DNA from: an uncultured Chloroflexia bacterium
GTDB taxonomy: Bacteria > Chloroflexota > Limnocylindria > Limnocylindrales > CSP1-4
Direction of reading: 5' to 3'
NCBI GenBank assembly: GCA_963789725.1
Contig: CAWBLU010000003.1
Location: 387,170 to 451,169, forward strand
Length of the DNA: 64,000 nt
The translations under genes were made by a program, and so were the position numbers. The notes below the pieces were generated by a model. That model did not search any database. It was given only the letters and a program-made list of their open reading frames with translations, and had not been told where the DNA came from. Each line of letters begins with the position of its first letter. The first letter of the stretch is position 1. Below are positions 63,095 through 64,000 of this stretch, piece after piece.

Positions 63095-64000
63095 AGACGA
63101 GCTATTCCAAGGTCTGGGGCAGCCTGACGGAGAGCATGCTCTTCCTGCCGACGATGGCCCTGATTCTGATCCTGATCGCCGACTTCTTCCTCATCCACAA
63201 CTTCTTTGCCATCGAGCTCAGAGATGGGCACCTGTACGGCAACGTAATCGACATCCTGGTGCACGGGTCGCCGACCATGATTTTGGCGATAGGGATGACC
63301 CTCGTCATCGCCACGGGAGGCGTGGACCTGTCAGTTGGCGCGATCATGGCTATTAGCGCCTCTATCGCTGCCGTCATGATCAACCCGACGATCGTCGGCA
63401 TGAACCTGACCGACCCCAAGTTCTTCATCAACAACCCGCAGTACACGTGGATGCCGCTCTGGGCCGTGATAGTCGTGCCGATAGTGATCGCCACGTTGTG
63501 CGGAGTGTGGAACGGCGTGCTGGTGTCTTATGGGCGCATCCAGCCGATGGTGGCCACGCTCGTGTTGATGATCGCAGGCCGCGGAATTGCGCAGCTCATC
63601 ACCAACAACATTCAGGTCGTCATATTCAACGACACGTATGCGTTCATTGGGAATGGCTTCATCCTGTTGCCCTTCTCCTTGTATGTCGCCCTCGCCTTGT
63701 TCTTAGGAGCCTGGCTGCTGACACGAAGAACATCCATCGGGTTGTTCGTCGAGTCCGTCGGTATCAACTTCCAATCGAGCTTCTATAGCGGCATTGACGA
63801 GAAGAAGATCAAGCTCTTTGCCTACTCGTTCTGCGGCTTCTGCGCCGGTATCGCCGGCCTGGTCGTGACCTCGAACATCCGGACGTCGGACGCCAACAAC
63901 ATCGGTCTGTATACGGAGTTGGACGCGATCCTGGCAGTGGTCATCGGTGGGACCCTCCTGGGGACAGGCGGTCGCTTCTCTCTGATGGGCAGCGCGATTG
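63091..64000 (+). CDS. sugar ABC transporter permease (RbsC-like), 3'-partial at the window edge
   Basis: ATG overlaps the upstream stop (ATGA). The frame stays open to the end of the window with multiple TM segments (LAIGMTLVIATGGVDLSVGAIMA...). Not in the ORF track because it has no stop within the window. Confidence 0.7.
   Translation, partial: MKTSYSKVWGSLTESMLFLPTMALILILIADFFLIHNFFAIELRDGHLYGNVIDILVHGSPTMILAIGMTLVIATGGVDLSVGAIMAISASIAAVMINPTIVGMNLTDPKFFINNPQYTWMPLWAVIVVPIVIATLCGVWNGVLVSYGRIQPMVATLVLMIAGRGIAQLITNNIQVVIFNDTYAFIGNGFILLPFSLYVALALFLGAWLLTRRTSIGLFVESVGINFQSSFYSGIDEKKIKLFAYSFCGFCAGIAGLVVTSNIRTSDANNIGLYTELDAILAVVIGGTLLGTGGRFSLMGSAI

Noticed and set aside
1-64000. CRISPR arrays
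   Set aside because: No series of regularly spaced, identical 24-48 nt repeats found. The only short tandem repeats are the heptads at 23690-23757, the 15-mer pair at 16310-16342 and the two 29-mers at 27962-28036.

Overview
This is a high-GC (about 68-70%) bacterial chromosomal segment with an Actinobacteria/Chloroflexi-like gene set, including two F420-type enzymes. Most of it looks like ordinary core genome. Recognisable genes include threonine dehydratase, GTP cyclohydrolase I, a stand-alone B12-binding mutase subunit with MeaB, a 1788-aa PAS/GAF hybrid histidine kinase, tRNA-Lys(CTT), a Kelch propeller protein, a PAS-GGDEF cyclase, two tandem GH94 glycoside phosphorylases with a gluconolactonase, carA and carB, and a TlpA/ECF-sigma/anti-sigma/TlpA/CcdA envelope-redox cluster. 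Further along are an MFS transporter, an M16 peptidase pair, a rhomboid protease, an OmpR/histidine-kinase pair, RsgA, an ABC-2 exporter, and a LacI regulator with a sugar ABC importer. The most notable region is a roughly 7 kb accessory insert that separates carA (23967-25229) from carB (32535-36035). It carries a frameshifted DUF336 gene, a GH5-like lipoprotein, an XRE regulator divergent from a five-helix membrane protein, a YcaQ/AlkZ-like winged-helix protein, and a Phd-VapC-BrnA-like toxin-antitoxin triad. It also carries a clearly lower-GC (about 57%) gene for a SIR2-like protein, which I read as a candidate horizontally acquired NAD-dependent defence effector. carA and carB each have their own Thermus-type, translation-coupled PyrR attenuator: a PyrR box over the Shine-Dalgarno sequence, a leader peptide whose stop overlaps the car gene ATG (ATGA), and a terminator with an identical stem. 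Other points are a G-quadruplex-prone heptad repeat that puts stops in all three frames, two apparent frameshifts (the DUF336 gene and an anti-sigma factor with SecD-like repeats and a LysM domain), tandem paralogous Cys4 mini-proteins, and several direct and inverted repeats. I found no CRISPR array, transposase or integrase.
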